A stretch of 64,000 bases of DNA from Candidatus Obscuribacterales bacterium. GTDB taxonomy: Bacteria; Cyanobacteriota; Vampirovibrionia; Obscuribacterales; Obscuribacteraceae. The translations under genes were made by a program, and so were the position numbers. Positions 39,265 through 49,847 of this stretch are shown one piece after another. How positions within the stretch are numbered: position 1 is the first letter of the stretch; each line of letters opens with the position of its first letter. The notes under the pieces are model-generated. The model saw nothing but the letters and a program-made list of their open reading frames with translations. It was not told where the DNA came from and did no database searches. The DNA lies in assembly GCA_965228855.1 (NCBI GenBank), contig CBDDIJ010000004.1:96001-160000 (forward strand), in the 5' to 3' direction.

Positions 39265-39926
39265 GCCTTACTCGACGTACCGTTGCTGAGGGCCTCGGGA
39301 CCGCGCTGCTGGTCGCGACGGTAGTTGGTTCGGGCATCATGGCCGACCGCCTGACAGAAGACACCGCGCTGGCGCTGCTTGGAAATACCCTCCCGACGGG
39401 CGCCATCCTGTTCGTGCTGATTACGGTGCTCGGACCTGTGTCCGGAGCTCATCTCAACCCGGCCATTTCGATGATCTTCGCTCTGAGGCGGGACTTGTCA
39501 TGGTTGGTCGCCGGGATCTACGTGCTGGCCCAACTGATCGGCGGCATGTTGGGCAGTGTCGTTGCACATATGATGTTCGATCTGCCGATTGTGCAGGTCG
39601 CTACGCATGTCCGAGCAGGCGGCTCGCAGTGGCTCTCCGAAGCCATCGCCACGTTCGGGCTGGTTGCTGTTATCCTGGGCGGTCTCAGGTCGCGGCCGCA
39701 GGCCATCCCGGCACTGGTCGGTCTCTACATAACCGCGGCGTACTGGTTTACGGCGTCGACATCGTTCGCCAACCCCGCTGTCACCGTTGCTCGGGCCCTG
39801 ACTGATACTTTCTCTGGCATCAGGCCCACGGATGCGCCGGCCTTCATAGCCGCGCAGCTCGTTGGCGCGCTCATCGCCTTGGTGGTTGCGGGTTGGCTCT
39901 TCAAACCGGCGGAGGCCGCGCAATGA
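39261..39926 (+). CDS. aqpS: Aquaglyceroporin, AqpS-type
   Basis: SGAHLNPA and STSFANPA; inside an ars operon. Confidence 0.85.
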   Translation: MSLTRRTVAEGLGTALLVATVVGSGIMADRLTEDTALALLGNTLPTGAILFVLITVLGPVSGAHLNPAISMIFALRRDLSWLVAGIYVLAQLIGGMLGSVVAHMMFDLPIVQVATHVRAGGSQWLSEAIATFGLVAVILGGLRSRPQAIPALVGLYITAAYWFTASTSFANPAVTVARALTDTFSGIRPTDAPAFIAAQLVGALIALVVAGWLFKPAEAAQ

Positions 39927-40345
39927 CCATCACGATCTATCACAACCCCGATTGCGGGACCTCGCGCAACACGCTGGCAATGATCCGTCAATCCGGCGAG
40001 GAACCTATCGTCATCGAATACCTCAAAACACCGCCCGATCGAGCGACGATCGTTCGTCTGATCCACGACGCCGGATTGACTGTCGGGCAAGCACTTCGCC
40101 AGAAAGATACGCCTTTTGATGCACTGGGACTCGGGGATCCGAAGAAGACCGACGACGAACTGCTGGACGCCATCGAGGAGCATCCAATCCTGCTTAACCG
40201 CCCTTTCGTCACCACCCTACTGGGCACCAAGCTCTGCCGCCCATCGGAAGCCGTGCTCGATATCCTGCCGAATCCGGACATCGGCCCTTACACCAAAGAG
40301 GACGGCGAGGTGGTAATCGACGCTTCTGGAAAGCGCGTGCGCTGA
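39923..40345 (+). CDS. arsC: Arsenate reductase (glutaredoxin type)
   Basis: YHNPDCGTSRN, HPILLNRP, LCRPSE. Confidence 0.92.
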   Translation: MTITIYHNPDCGTSRNTLAMIRQSGEEPIVIEYLKTPPDRATIVRLIHDAGLTVGQALRQKDTPFDALGLGDPKKTDDELLDAIEEHPILLNRPFVTTLLGTKLCRPSEAVLDILPNPDIGPYTKEDGEVVIDASGKRVR

Positions 40346-40578
40346 CCAACCGCCAACTAGGGGCCGGTCCCCGCACCTGCGAACTAGAATAGCAGCAATT
40401 CTGCCTGCCTGCCGGGCGCAGCGAGCCCGTTTCGTTAGTTCGCGCCCGAACAGCTTGGAACCGCTAGTTTGAGCGCTGCTTTTTGTGGGTGGCGGTCCAG
40501 GACACGCCATCTCTTTGATCTTAGTTTCTCAAGAATGAGCGGTTGTACCAGTCTCCCCGGAAGGACAGCATAGATGAA

Positions 40579-40630
40579 GGCCCGCCCCGGCGAGATTCGA
40601 ACTCACGACCTTTGCCTTCGAAGGGGCAAC
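40579..40630 (-). pseudogene. Degenerate 3' half of a tRNA (Arg-like), probable att remnant
   Basis: Minus strand TTGCC-CCTTCGAA-GGCAA AGGTC GTGAG-TTCGAAT-CTCGC CGGGGCGGGCC; no 5' half or CCA. Confidence 0.65.
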
Positions 40631-40639
40631 CGACCAGCC

Positions 40640-42056
40640 TCACGGGGCGCTGGGCTTGTCGTTGTCTAGGTACCGCTTGCTGCCGGGTGGCCGTGCTCGG
40701 TTGTCACCCTTGCGGTGTCGGTAGGGCCGATAGTTTCCGACTTTTGTTCGAGACGCGTATTTCCCGTCCGCAAAACCCGCCGGAGGTGAAGCTGCTTCCG
40801 GTGTGGAGGCCAAAGACTCAGGCTCCGCGTCGTCTTCAGTCTCGCGCTCAACGCACGGCACATCCCCGCCGTCGACTCTCTCTTGGCCAACGACGTTCCG
40901 CCGACGTGCGGCAACTAGGTCTGCAGCCACCCGGACGGGATCATCCTCGTTGTGGATGTAGCGCATGAACATCGCGACGGTCTTGTGTGCGGTCAATGTC
41001 ATACCGACCTTCAGCGGAATACCGGAATTTGCAATATCGGTCGCGGCGCGATGTCTAATGCCATGCGTGCCTACGTGCGGTACTCCAGCCCGTTCCAGGA
41101 TACGCCGCCATCCGTGATGATAGGTATTGTCCGTCATCCGCTTTAAGGGATCGAAGATTGAAGGACAGACAAATGGTGAGTCCTCCAAGCGTGGCGCCAT
41201 CTTCAACAGTCGATGCGCCTCGTCGCTGAGCGGCTTGGTCATACCGCCCGTCTTGCTGTCCGGCCACGTCACGCGCCGCTGCTCGAGATCAATCCATTTC
41301 CACTCAAGCGTGAGCACCTCGGACATGCGAGCTGCGAGCTCGAACTGGAGTCGGATCGCCAAGGTGATGAAGGGGTGCTCCAGGCCATCTCGGTCCGCTT
41401 CATCGAGGTACGCGTAAAGCTTGCGCATCTCATCGTCGGTGATGAAACGGGTCGATCCCTTCTCTGGGATACTTTTGAACATGCCGGCAGGGGTTGGAGG
41501 CGTCCGGGCGATGCCCCCAGACCTCCGCGAGGTTGAACATCTTGCGAAGGCAGGCTAGCGTCCTATTCGCGATGATTGGGCGATCGGCCATGGCGGTCAT
41601 CAGGGCCGATATGTCCGCGCGTGTGACATCGGGTACCTTCATGCGGCCGAGCCGTGGCAGGACGTGGTTCTTTATGTTGTTCTCATTTGACTCGACGGTG
41701 CTCGGTTTGTTGTGAAGCTTCGAATAGTCGCTGATGAAGCGCTCGCAGAGCTGCTTCACCGTTGGGGCGGCGCGTGCAGCCGATTTCTCCCCACCCGGGT
41801 CTCTTCCTTGGCGGACTTCCGCAAGCCAATCCTGTGCGATCTTGCGAGCGATCTCGACGGTAAGCTCACCGAAGCGACCGATCGCGGGTTTGCGACGGAC
41901 ACCCGCGTTGGTTTGGTACTGAAGCATGAAGATCTTGCGACCGGCGGGTGTGACCTTGAGGAGGAAGCCCGGTACGGTGGTGTCACGGAGTTCGTACTCC
42001 CGCGCTTTCGGGGTCGCGGCGTCAACCGCGGTCTTTGTCAGTTTGAGTCTGGCCAT
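40640..42056 (-). pseudogene. Tyrosine integrase, paralogue of 20718-22166, split by a +1 frameshift
   Basis: Two overlapping ORFs cover the N- and C-terminal halves. TATCCCAGAGAAGG here versus TATCCTGAGAAGG in copy 1 (extra base at 41466-41468). Confidence 0.9.
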
Positions 42057-42243
42057 CTTTCGTCTCCGGGCGCCAAAAGGCTAGGAGCCGAATAGGGGCA
42101 TCGAGGCTCCCGGCTCCCGGTTACTGCCGCGTGCCAGGGAGAACCTCGAATGGCCGATGACACAAGCTAAGTGTTTGCATCATCGTACTGTTTCGGGGTA
42201 TTACCTACAAACGGCGGAAACGAGCATAGCCGCAATGGCGCGG

Positions 42244-42296
42244 CTCAAAATCCGGTTCCGAAAGGAGTGTCGGTTCGACCCCGACCACCCGCACCA
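42244..42296 (+). repeat. attR: 3' half of tRNA-Leu(CAA)
   Basis: 42245-42296 matches 22535-22586 at 50/52 nt and ends in CCA. Confidence 0.9.
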
Positions 42297-42380
42297 CTCA
42301 TTCCATTTCCATGCGTGTCGTCAGTTCGAGGCAGGCCCGGTTCTGTTTTTTGCGGACAGTTCACCGGACCGATATGTCCG

Positions 42381-44411
42381 CTATGCGCCTGGCTGCGTGC
42401 CTGGCCCGTTCCCCGGCAGGCCGATGCGGATGGTCGCGCCTGTTCGACGGCCTGCGCAGGACGTAAGCCGCCAGTCATTGGCCTCGGCGATTTCCTTGAC
42501 GACCGAAAGGCCGAGCCCGGTTCCATCCGCCGCGTCGCGGTCGCGCTCCAGCCGCTGGTTGCGTGGCAGCGCCTCCTCGAAAGCCGCACCGCTCAGGCCC
42601 GGTCCGGTGTCGTGGACCTCGATGCGTCGTCCGGCGCCGTGACGGCGCAACCCGATGACGATCCGCCCTTGCCGGGTGTATTTTATCGCATTGGAGACGA
42701 GATTGGCGACGACGCGCATCAGCGGATAGGCGGCCACCTCGCTATCCGGTGCGGCAAGCACCAGGCGCAGCGAGAGGCCCTTGGCGGCAGCCTCGGCGGC
42801 GAACATGTCGGTGATGCCCCGCAGCACGTCGTGGATTCCGGGCTCGGCCTTGCGTTCGCTCATGGCCGGATCGACGTCGGTATCGACGTTCTGGCCACTG
42901 GAAGCGGGGGCATCCGGCTTGTCCGTCGCGGGATCGTCCGCCAGCCGCTCTGCGACAAGTCTTTCCATGTAGGCCAGCGCCGCTTCGACCTGTCCCACAT
43001 CCGCCGACCTGTCGGCCTGCGGATCGAGCATCTGGCGCAGCGACAGCCGCAGCGCATGCATCGGCTGGCGCAGGTCATGGACGGTGTCCTTGACGCTTTC
43101 CTCGCGCTGGCGCGCGCTCATGTTCGCCTGCTCATAACGCTCTTCCAGCAGCCCCAGCCTCTGGCTGAGGGTCAGGTTCCGCTGGGCTTGAGCCAGGGTC
43201 TCTTCCATCGCCGACTGGCGCAAATGGTTGTAACGATCGAAAATCGCCAGGCCCATCATCAGAGCGTCGACGACAAGCGCCAGCCGGGTCGCGTCATACG
43301 TCGTGATGAATGTCGGCTCGATGCCGAAAGCGTACCGCGCCGTGAACAGGCAGGCCGGAATGAGGCTCGCAACCCAGGCGAAGACGTAGAAGCGGACCTC
43401 GCGGAAACGCGTGCGCGCGGCGATGAGCGCCGCGGTCAGGAAGGTCAGCACGCTGACCGAGATCATCAGCACGAGCAGCCGCTTGAGAAGCTGCGGATCG
43501 GTGGCCCACAGGACGGCGTCGATCGCCAGCACGCAGCCGATGACTGCCAGCAGCACGCGATGCATGACCGGATGAAAGCGCGCAGTCTGCAGGAAGGTGA
43601 TGGCGAACAGTCCGCCGAACACCATCACGCCGGACCCTGCCACGACCGAAGCCATGGAGTTGAAGCGCGGGAAATCGGGCCAGATGTACTGGAACGCCGT
43701 CCCGTCGGCATGCGCGACGTAGATGAATACCGAAGAGAGATAGGCGGCGTAGGCGGCGAAGACAGGCTGGCGGAGAACCGCCAGGGCCACGAGCGCAAGC
43801 GCGATCATGACCAGCATCATTCCGTAGAAGGCGTAATTCTTCGCCTCGTTTATCCGGGCCTTCCCGGCGAAACTGTCGGGTGTCTCGATCGACATCGAGA
43901 GCCGCGACGAGCCCTGCGAATAATATGCGACGACGAGCGTCGCCGCCTCGCCAGGCTTCAGTTCGAAGGGCGCGACCATTTGCGGGTTGTTGACCGGCCG
44001 GGCTTCGAAGGGGGTGTCTTCGGTGAGGTCGAGGAGCGTCGCGACGGATCCATCGGAGCCTATCTTGTAGATCGCGATCTGCTGGGTGAAGTTGGCGTGA
44101 ACGAAGAAACGCCACGACCCGACGTCGGCGGTTCCGTTCACGACAGGCAGGCGCAGCCAGATCCGCGCCGAAGTGTATCCGAAGTCGGGCATCGGTCCCG
44201 GCAGGGGCCGGGTCTCGATTTCGGAAGGACCGGCGAAGTCGGTCACCTCCAATTGCCAATCCGGGTCAGTCGTGTAATCAAAGTGCCGGCTTAGAGCCTC
44301 GATATCCGCGGGACCAGTCAGGACCAGCGGCTCTTGCTCGGCAGCCCAAACTGGCGCGGTGGGGAGCGTCATGAGCAGGACCAAGGTCAGCCGGGCAAAG
44401 CTGAGCAGCAC
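42381..44411 (-). CDS. Sensor histidine kinase with 7TM-DISM input domains
   Basis: DFGYTSARIWLRL, seven TM helices, HDLRQP, NLVSNAIKYT, DTGPG, GTGLGL; start uncertain. Confidence 0.85.
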   Translation of the reverse strand: MLLSFARLTLVLLMTLPTAPVWAAEQEPLVLTGPADIEALSRHFDYTTDPDWQLEVTDFAGPSEIETRPLPGPMPDFGYTSARIWLRLPVVNGTADVGSWRFFVHANFTQQIAIYKIGSDGSVATLLDLTEDTPFEARPVNNPQMVAPFELKPGEAATLVVAYYSQGSSRLSMSIETPDSFAGKARINEAKNYAFYGMMLVMIALALVALAVLRQPVFAAYAAYLSSVFIYVAHADGTAFQYIWPDFPRFNSMASVVAGSGVMVFGGLFAITFLQTARFHPVMHRVLLAVIGCVLAIDAVLWATDPQLLKRLLVLMISVSVLTFLTAALIAARTRFREVRFYVFAWVASLIPACLFTARYAFGIEPTFITTYDATRLALVVDALMMGLAIFDRYNHLRQSAMEETLAQAQRNLTLSQRLGLLEERYEQANMSARQREESVKDTVHDLRQPMHALRLSLRQMLDPQADRSADVGQVEAALAYMERLVAERLADDPATDKPDAPASSGQNVDTDVDPAMSERKAEPGIHDVLRGITDMFAAEAAAKGLSLRLVLAAPDSEVAAYPLMRVVANLVSNAIKYTRQGRIVIGLRRHGAGRRIEVHDTGPGLSGAAFEEALPRNQRLERDRDAADGTGLGLSVVKEIAEANDWRLTSCAGRRTGATIRIGLPGNGPGTQPGA

Positions 44412-44441
44412 TTCGTGCGCCCGCCAGCAGGGTGTCCTCCG

Positions 44442-45071
44442 TTGAGAAAGAGGGTTCTGATCGCCGACGATCATGCCTTCGTCTCCTGGGGGCTCGCCAG
44501 GGCACTCTCGGTTTTGGAAGACGTCGACATAATCGGTTCCGTCGCGAACGGCATCGAAGCGATTGTTGAAATCCGAAAAGCAAGGCCTGACTGCGCAATC
44601 CTCGATTACAATATGCCGGGCGCAAACGGACTGGAAGTCTTCCTGGAATCGAAACGCTGGTCGCCCGGCACACGTTTCGTCGTTGTCACCGGCACGGCGC
44701 TGCCCGAGACGCTCCACACGCTCGTCGAGGCAGGAATCCACGGCCTGTGCCTGAAAGACGGAACCGAAACGGAGATCGTCGACCTCGTCCGCCAGGTCTG
44801 CGCCGGGAAGACGGTGATCAGCGCCGGCGCTCGGCTGCTGATGAAGATGCCTGCGGAAAGCGTCGCCATCACCGACCGGGAACTGGCCGTCCTCCAGGCG
44901 ATCGCGCGTGGCCATACCAACGCGAGTGCGGCGGACAGCCTCGGCATCAGCCCGAAGACCGTCGACACCCACCGCACCAGCCTGATGCGGAAGTTCGCCG
45001 TGAACTCGACCGCAAGCCTTCTGCTGGCCGCCGTCCGGGCCGGGCTTCTGGATCCGGCCAGTATCCGCTGA
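44442..45071 (+). CDS. NarL/LuxR-family response regulator
   Basis: VLIADDH, ILDYNMP, ITDRE...ISPKTVDTHR; TTG start inferred. Confidence 0.88.
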   Translation: MRKRVLIADDHAFVSWGLARALSVLEDVDIIGSVANGIEAIVEIRKARPDCAILDYNMPGANGLEVFLESKRWSPGTRFVVVTGTALPETLHTLVEAGIHGLCLKDGTETEIVDLVRQVCAGKTVISAGARLLMKMPAESVAITDRELAVLQAIARGHTNASAADSLGISPKTVDTHRTSLMRKFAVNSTASLLLAAVRAGLLDPASIR

Positions 45072-45112
45072 GAACCGGCCCATTCTTCTGCAACGCGTAA
45101 CGCTGCGTCAAT

Positions 45113-45128
45113 TCAGGTGATCGCCTGA
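45113..45128. promoter_or_regulatory. Candidate response-regulator box
   Basis: TCAGGTGA-TCGCCTGA near-palindrome upstream of the LysE gene. Confidence 0.45.
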
Positions 45129-45215
45129 TGGTTCGCTCCGCCTCTTTTCGGTGAACTGCCAACGTCGAAAGCACCCCGCAGGGGGTCCGGCAAGGCACAG
45201 ACCGAGGGGGGCGAC

Positions 45216-45824
45216 ATGGAATACCTGGCTTATGGTCCTTATTTCGTGGCTTTGGTGGCATATGCTGCGTCACCCGGCCCCCTCATGGCCGTCCTTGTGG
45301 CGCGGTCGCTGGGCAACGATGGGAAAGGCGCCACCGCCTTCGCTGCCGGCCTTTGCCTCGGCGAAGTGATCGCCGTCATCTGCGTCATGCTGGGGATCGG
45401 CATCTGGGCCCAGACGAGGCCCGAGTTGCTGGCTCTCGCCAAATATGCCGGTGTCGCCTACCTCCTGTGGCTGGCGATCAAGATGTGGACCGCCAGTCAC
45501 GGCGTTGCTTCCACGCAGCTGCGCAAGTCAGGCTTGCTGACCTCCGCCTGTGCCGGCGTGGCGCTCTGCCTCGGCAATCCGGCAACCTTGCTCATGCAGA
45601 TGCTCTTGCTGCCGATCGCCGCCCCGAATGGCATCGTCAGCCTTGAACAGATGGGTCTGGTGGTCCTTGTGACGTTCGTTGCGTTCGGCATCGTATTCTT
45701 CGGCACGATCCCGCTTGCCCGGCAGTTCAACCGCATCATCACGTCGCCGCGCGCTTCCGGCAAGATGAACCGAATGACCGCCGCGGTGGTGGCGGGAACC
45801 TCGGTCTGGATATTGGCGTCCTGA
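45216..45824 (+). CDS. LysE/RhtB-family exporter
   Basis: SPGP, KYAGVAYLLWL, LGNP. Confidence 0.88.
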   Translation: MEYLAYGPYFVALVAYAASPGPLMAVLVARSLGNDGKGATAFAAGLCLGEVIAVICVMLGIGIWAQTRPELLALAKYAGVAYLLWLAIKMWTASHGVASTQLRKSGLLTSACAGVALCLGNPATLLMQMLLLPIAAPNGIVSLEQMGLVVLVTFVAFGIVFFGTIPLARQFNRIITSPRASGKMNRMTAAVVAGTSVWILAS

Positions 45825-45906
45825 GCACGGCAACGACTCCGCCAGACGTTGACTCGCTTGTGCGAGATTGTTAAATAGCCATTCAGCAATATAGCTGGAT
45901 GGAAAT

Positions 45907-46275
45907 ATGAATACGCTAGCAGGGACACAACTGGATCTCGTGTTCTCGGCGCTCGCCGACCCGACCCGGCGCGCCATACTCGCCCGGCTGGCCAGGGGCG
46001 CGGCAACGGTCAACGAGCTGGTGGCGCCGTTCGGGCTCAGCCAGCCGACCATCTCGAAACACCTCAAAGTGCTGGAACGCGCCAGCCTGGTGTCGCGCGG
46101 CAAGGAAGCGCAGTTCCGGCCGGTGCGGCTCAATGCGGCGCCGCTCGCCGGCGCGGCGCGATGGCTTGGCGACTACGACAAGTTCTGGAACGACAATCTC
46201 GATCAGCTGGGCGCCTACGCCCGCGAACTTCAGCAGAAGGAACTGGACGGTGGCAGCAGCACAGAAGATCAATGA
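45907..46275 (+). CDS. ArsR-family regulator
   Basis: FSALADPTRRAIL...SQPTISKHLKVLE. Confidence 0.9.
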   Translation: MNTLAGTQLDLVFSALADPTRRAILARLARGAATVNELVAPFGLSQPTISKHLKVLERASLVSRGKEAQFRPVRLNAAPLAGAARWLGDYDKFWNDNLDQLGAYARELQQKELDGGSSTEDQ

Positions 46276-46780
46276 GCCGGTGGCCGAACGCGAGCATACG
46301 ATCAGCCGGGTGTTCGACGTGCCGGCCCGGTATCTCTTCGAGGCATACAGCAAACCCGAACATGTCCGGCGCTGGTTGGGCCCCAAGGGCTGGCCGCTCA
46401 CCGGCTGCGAGATCGATTTCCGCGTCGGCGGACGGTTCCGCTTCACCATGACCGGACCGGACGGCACCCGGAACCCGCCATTCGGCGGAACCTACCTGGA
46501 GATCGTGCCTAATCGCAAGATCGTCTACTCCGTGGCTTTCGACGATTCCGACGCGTCGGATTTCGTCGCCACCGTCAGTTTCGATGAACAGGCAGGCAAG
46601 ACCACGCTCACCATCCATGCGCTGTTCTCGTCGGCGGCGCTGATGAAGGAGGCCATGGGCACAGGCGCTCCCTACCGACCGGGGGACTTCCATCACGGCG
46701 AGGAAGGCTATCAGCATGGCACCGAGTCCGCGCTGCACCATCTTGCCGAACTGGTCGCGGAGTTGCAGGCGAGAGCCTAA
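46250..46780 (+). CDS. SRPBCC/AHSA1 domain protein
   Basis: ISRVFDVP, DFRVGG, GTYLEIVP; GTG start with AAGGA RBS. Confidence 0.85.
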   Translation: MAAAQKINEPVAEREHTISRVFDVPARYLFEAYSKPEHVRRWLGPKGWPLTGCEIDFRVGGRFRFTMTGPDGTRNPPFGGTYLEIVPNRKIVYSVAFDDSDASDFVATVSFDEQAGKTTLTIHALFSSAALMKEAMGTGAPYRPGDFHHGEEGYQHGTESALHHLAELVAELQARA

Positions 46781-46805
46781 CGCCTGTCGTCACCCGCACG
46801 GATCG

Positions 46806-46839
46806 AAAGCGGAGCGCGTCGCGCTCCGCTTTTTCTTTT
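46806..46839 (+). terminator. Rho-independent terminator
   Basis: AAAGCGGAGCGC-GTC-GCGCTCCGCTTT followed by TTCTTTT. Confidence 0.85.
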
Positions 46840-46864
46840 GCCGGTGGGCAACGGTCGGAGATGC

Positions 46865-46946
46865 TTCACGTGTGAATTAACTTGACAGACAGCCGAGACG
46901 ATTCCAGTCTGTCTATAGACAAAACAACGGTTCAAATAATGAACCG
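46865..46946 (+). promoter_or_regulatory. AT-rich promoter region with several inverted repeats
   Basis: TTGACA at 46882; TTCAC-GT-GTGAA, GACAGAC-N16-GTCTGTC, CGGTTCA-N5-TGAACCG. Confidence 0.5.
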
Positions 46947-47039
46947 AATAACAAACGAGTTGTCCTGACGTTCCGGTCAGGCAGGGGCCCGGGAACTGGA
47001 AGTTTCGGCGACATGCCGGGGCTTCACGGAGGAACTGAA

Positions 47040-48698
47040 ATGCCGCAAGCCGAACTCGTGGTGCGGAACGCGCGCGTCTATACGATGGACCGGGCCAGGC
47101 CGTGGGCCTCGGCATTCGCGATCACCGGCGGGCGCGTCGTGGCGATCGGCGCGGAAGATGCCGTTGCGTCCCTGGTCGGAGACACGACCCGAACCATCGA
47201 CGCTGGCGGCCGCATGGTGATGCCGGGCATCGTCGACGTCCACACCCACATGATGATCGGCGGCATGGCCGAGCTTTTCGAATTGCGCTTCGCTTCGACC
47301 TCCAGCTTCGAAGCGCTGCTCCAGCGCGTCGGCGAGGCGGCGGCGAAGGCAAAGGAAGGCGAGTGGATCATCGGCGGGCAGTGGGGCAGCGACCTGCTGC
47401 CGAAGCTCAACACGCTGGAAGCGCTGGCGGCGCTGGACAAGGTAAGCCTCGGCCGGCCGGTCATGCTGCGCGACGACACCTATCACAACCGCTGGGTCAA
47501 TTCGGCGGCGATGAAGATCGCCGGCATCGATAAAAGGAACGGCGATCCCGACAAGGGCAGCTTCGGCCGCGACCAGCAGACCGGCGCTCTCACCGGAATG
47601 ATGATCGAGTCGGCGGCCGGCGTCATCGAACGCGCCATCGTCCAGTCCGGATATTACGACGACGAGATGGGCCGCGCCGCCATGGCGCGTTCGATCGCGA
47701 CGTTGAACTCGTTCGGCGTGACCGCGACGCTCGACGCGGCGGCGATGGAGCCGGTCATCGCCGCGCTGAAGGGGCTCGACGATCGCGGCGAGCTGACCGC
47801 CTGGGCAGTCTCGGCGATGCCGGCGGTGGAACCGTCGTTCCTGTTCGGCATCGCCGGTGACGAACTCATCGCCCTGCGCGGCAAATATCGCAGCGCCCAC
47901 GCCAGGCCGGATTTCGTCAAGGTGTTCCTCGACGGCGTGCCCGGCGCGCGCACGGCGGCTTTCCACGAACCCTACACGCCGGACCCGGTGCTCGGCTGCT
48001 GCTTCCGCGGCTCGACCATCGTCACCGTGCCGGACCTCATCCGCTGGCTCGGCAAATGCGAGAAGCTCGGCATCGCGGTGAAGATCCACTGCGCCGGCGA
48101 CGCCGCGGTCACCCAGGCGCTCGACGCCATCGACGTGGTGCGCTCGTTCAACGGGCCGACCAACCTCATCCACCACATCGCCCACGCCAGCTACATCGCG
48201 CCGGACGACATCAGGCGTTTCGCCGAGCTCGGCGTCGCTGCCGACCTGTCGCCGTTCCTGTGGTATCCGACGAGCTTCCTCGAAGGCCACAAGCAGACGA
48301 TGGGCGAGGAAAGGGCGCAGCGTTTCTGGCCGAACAGGGACCTGCTCGAATCCGGCGCGCTGCTGGCCGGCGGATCGGACTGGCCGGTCATGCCCAATCC
48401 CGATCCCTGGAACGGCATGGAAGGCCTGGTGACCCGCCGCAACCCGGGCGGCGAGTTCCCCGGCGCCGCGCTGTGGCCGGAGCAGGCGCTGTCGATCGAG
48501 ACAGCGCTGGAGATATTCACCATCAACTCGGCCCGCGCCATCGGCCTCGGCGACACGGTCGGCTCGCTGGAGCCGGGCAAATCCGCCGATTTCATCGTGC
48601 TCGACCGCAACGTGCTGGAAATCCCGTCCGACGAGATCGCCGACGTGAAGGTGTTGCAGACCTTCTTCGAAGGCCGCCTGGTCTACGAGCGGACCTGA
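47040..48698 (+). CDS. Amidohydrolase family 3 (YtcJ/NfdA-like)
   Basis: PGIVDVHTH, KVFLDG, IHCAGD, HHIAH, GSDWP, GKSADF. Confidence 0.88.
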   Translation: MPQAELVVRNARVYTMDRARPWASAFAITGGRVVAIGAEDAVASLVGDTTRTIDAGGRMVMPGIVDVHTHMMIGGMAELFELRFASTSSFEALLQRVGEAAAKAKEGEWIIGGQWGSDLLPKLNTLEALAALDKVSLGRPVMLRDDTYHNRWVNSAAMKIAGIDKRNGDPDKGSFGRDQQTGALTGMMIESAAGVIERAIVQSGYYDDEMGRAAMARSIATLNSFGVTATLDAAAMEPVIAALKGLDDRGELTAWAVSAMPAVEPSFLFGIAGDELIALRGKYRSAHARPDFVKVFLDGVPGARTAAFHEPYTPDPVLGCCFRGSTIVTVPDLIRWLGKCEKLGIAVKIHCAGDAAVTQALDAIDVVRSFNGPTNLIHHIAHASYIAPDDIRRFAELGVAADLSPFLWYPTSFLEGHKQTMGEERAQRFWPNRDLLESGALLAGGSDWPVMPNPDPWNGMEGLVTRRNPGGEFPGAALWPEQALSIETALEIFTINSARAIGLGDTVGSLEPGKSADFIVLDRNVLEIPSDEIADVKVLQTFFEGRLVYERT

Positions 48699-48703
48699 CC
48701 CGC

Positions 48704-49810
<1,107 letters not shown>

Positions 49811-49847
49811 ACCCGAGACGAACGTCTCGCCCAAGGGAGGTAGAGAA

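Larger units (their letters stand above)
22353..42296. mobile_element. Integrative heavy-metal/metalloid resistance island 2 (~20 kb)
   Basis: Right end is the tRNA-Leu 3' half next to the integrase. Left end is either the core at 22353 or the tRNA at 22535-22586. Cargo is mer, ars and a multicopper oxidase. Confidence 0.8.

Noticed and set aside
42171..44294. 707-aa plus-strand ORF
   Set aside because: Antisense shadow of the histidine kinase in high-GC DNA, with no motifs.
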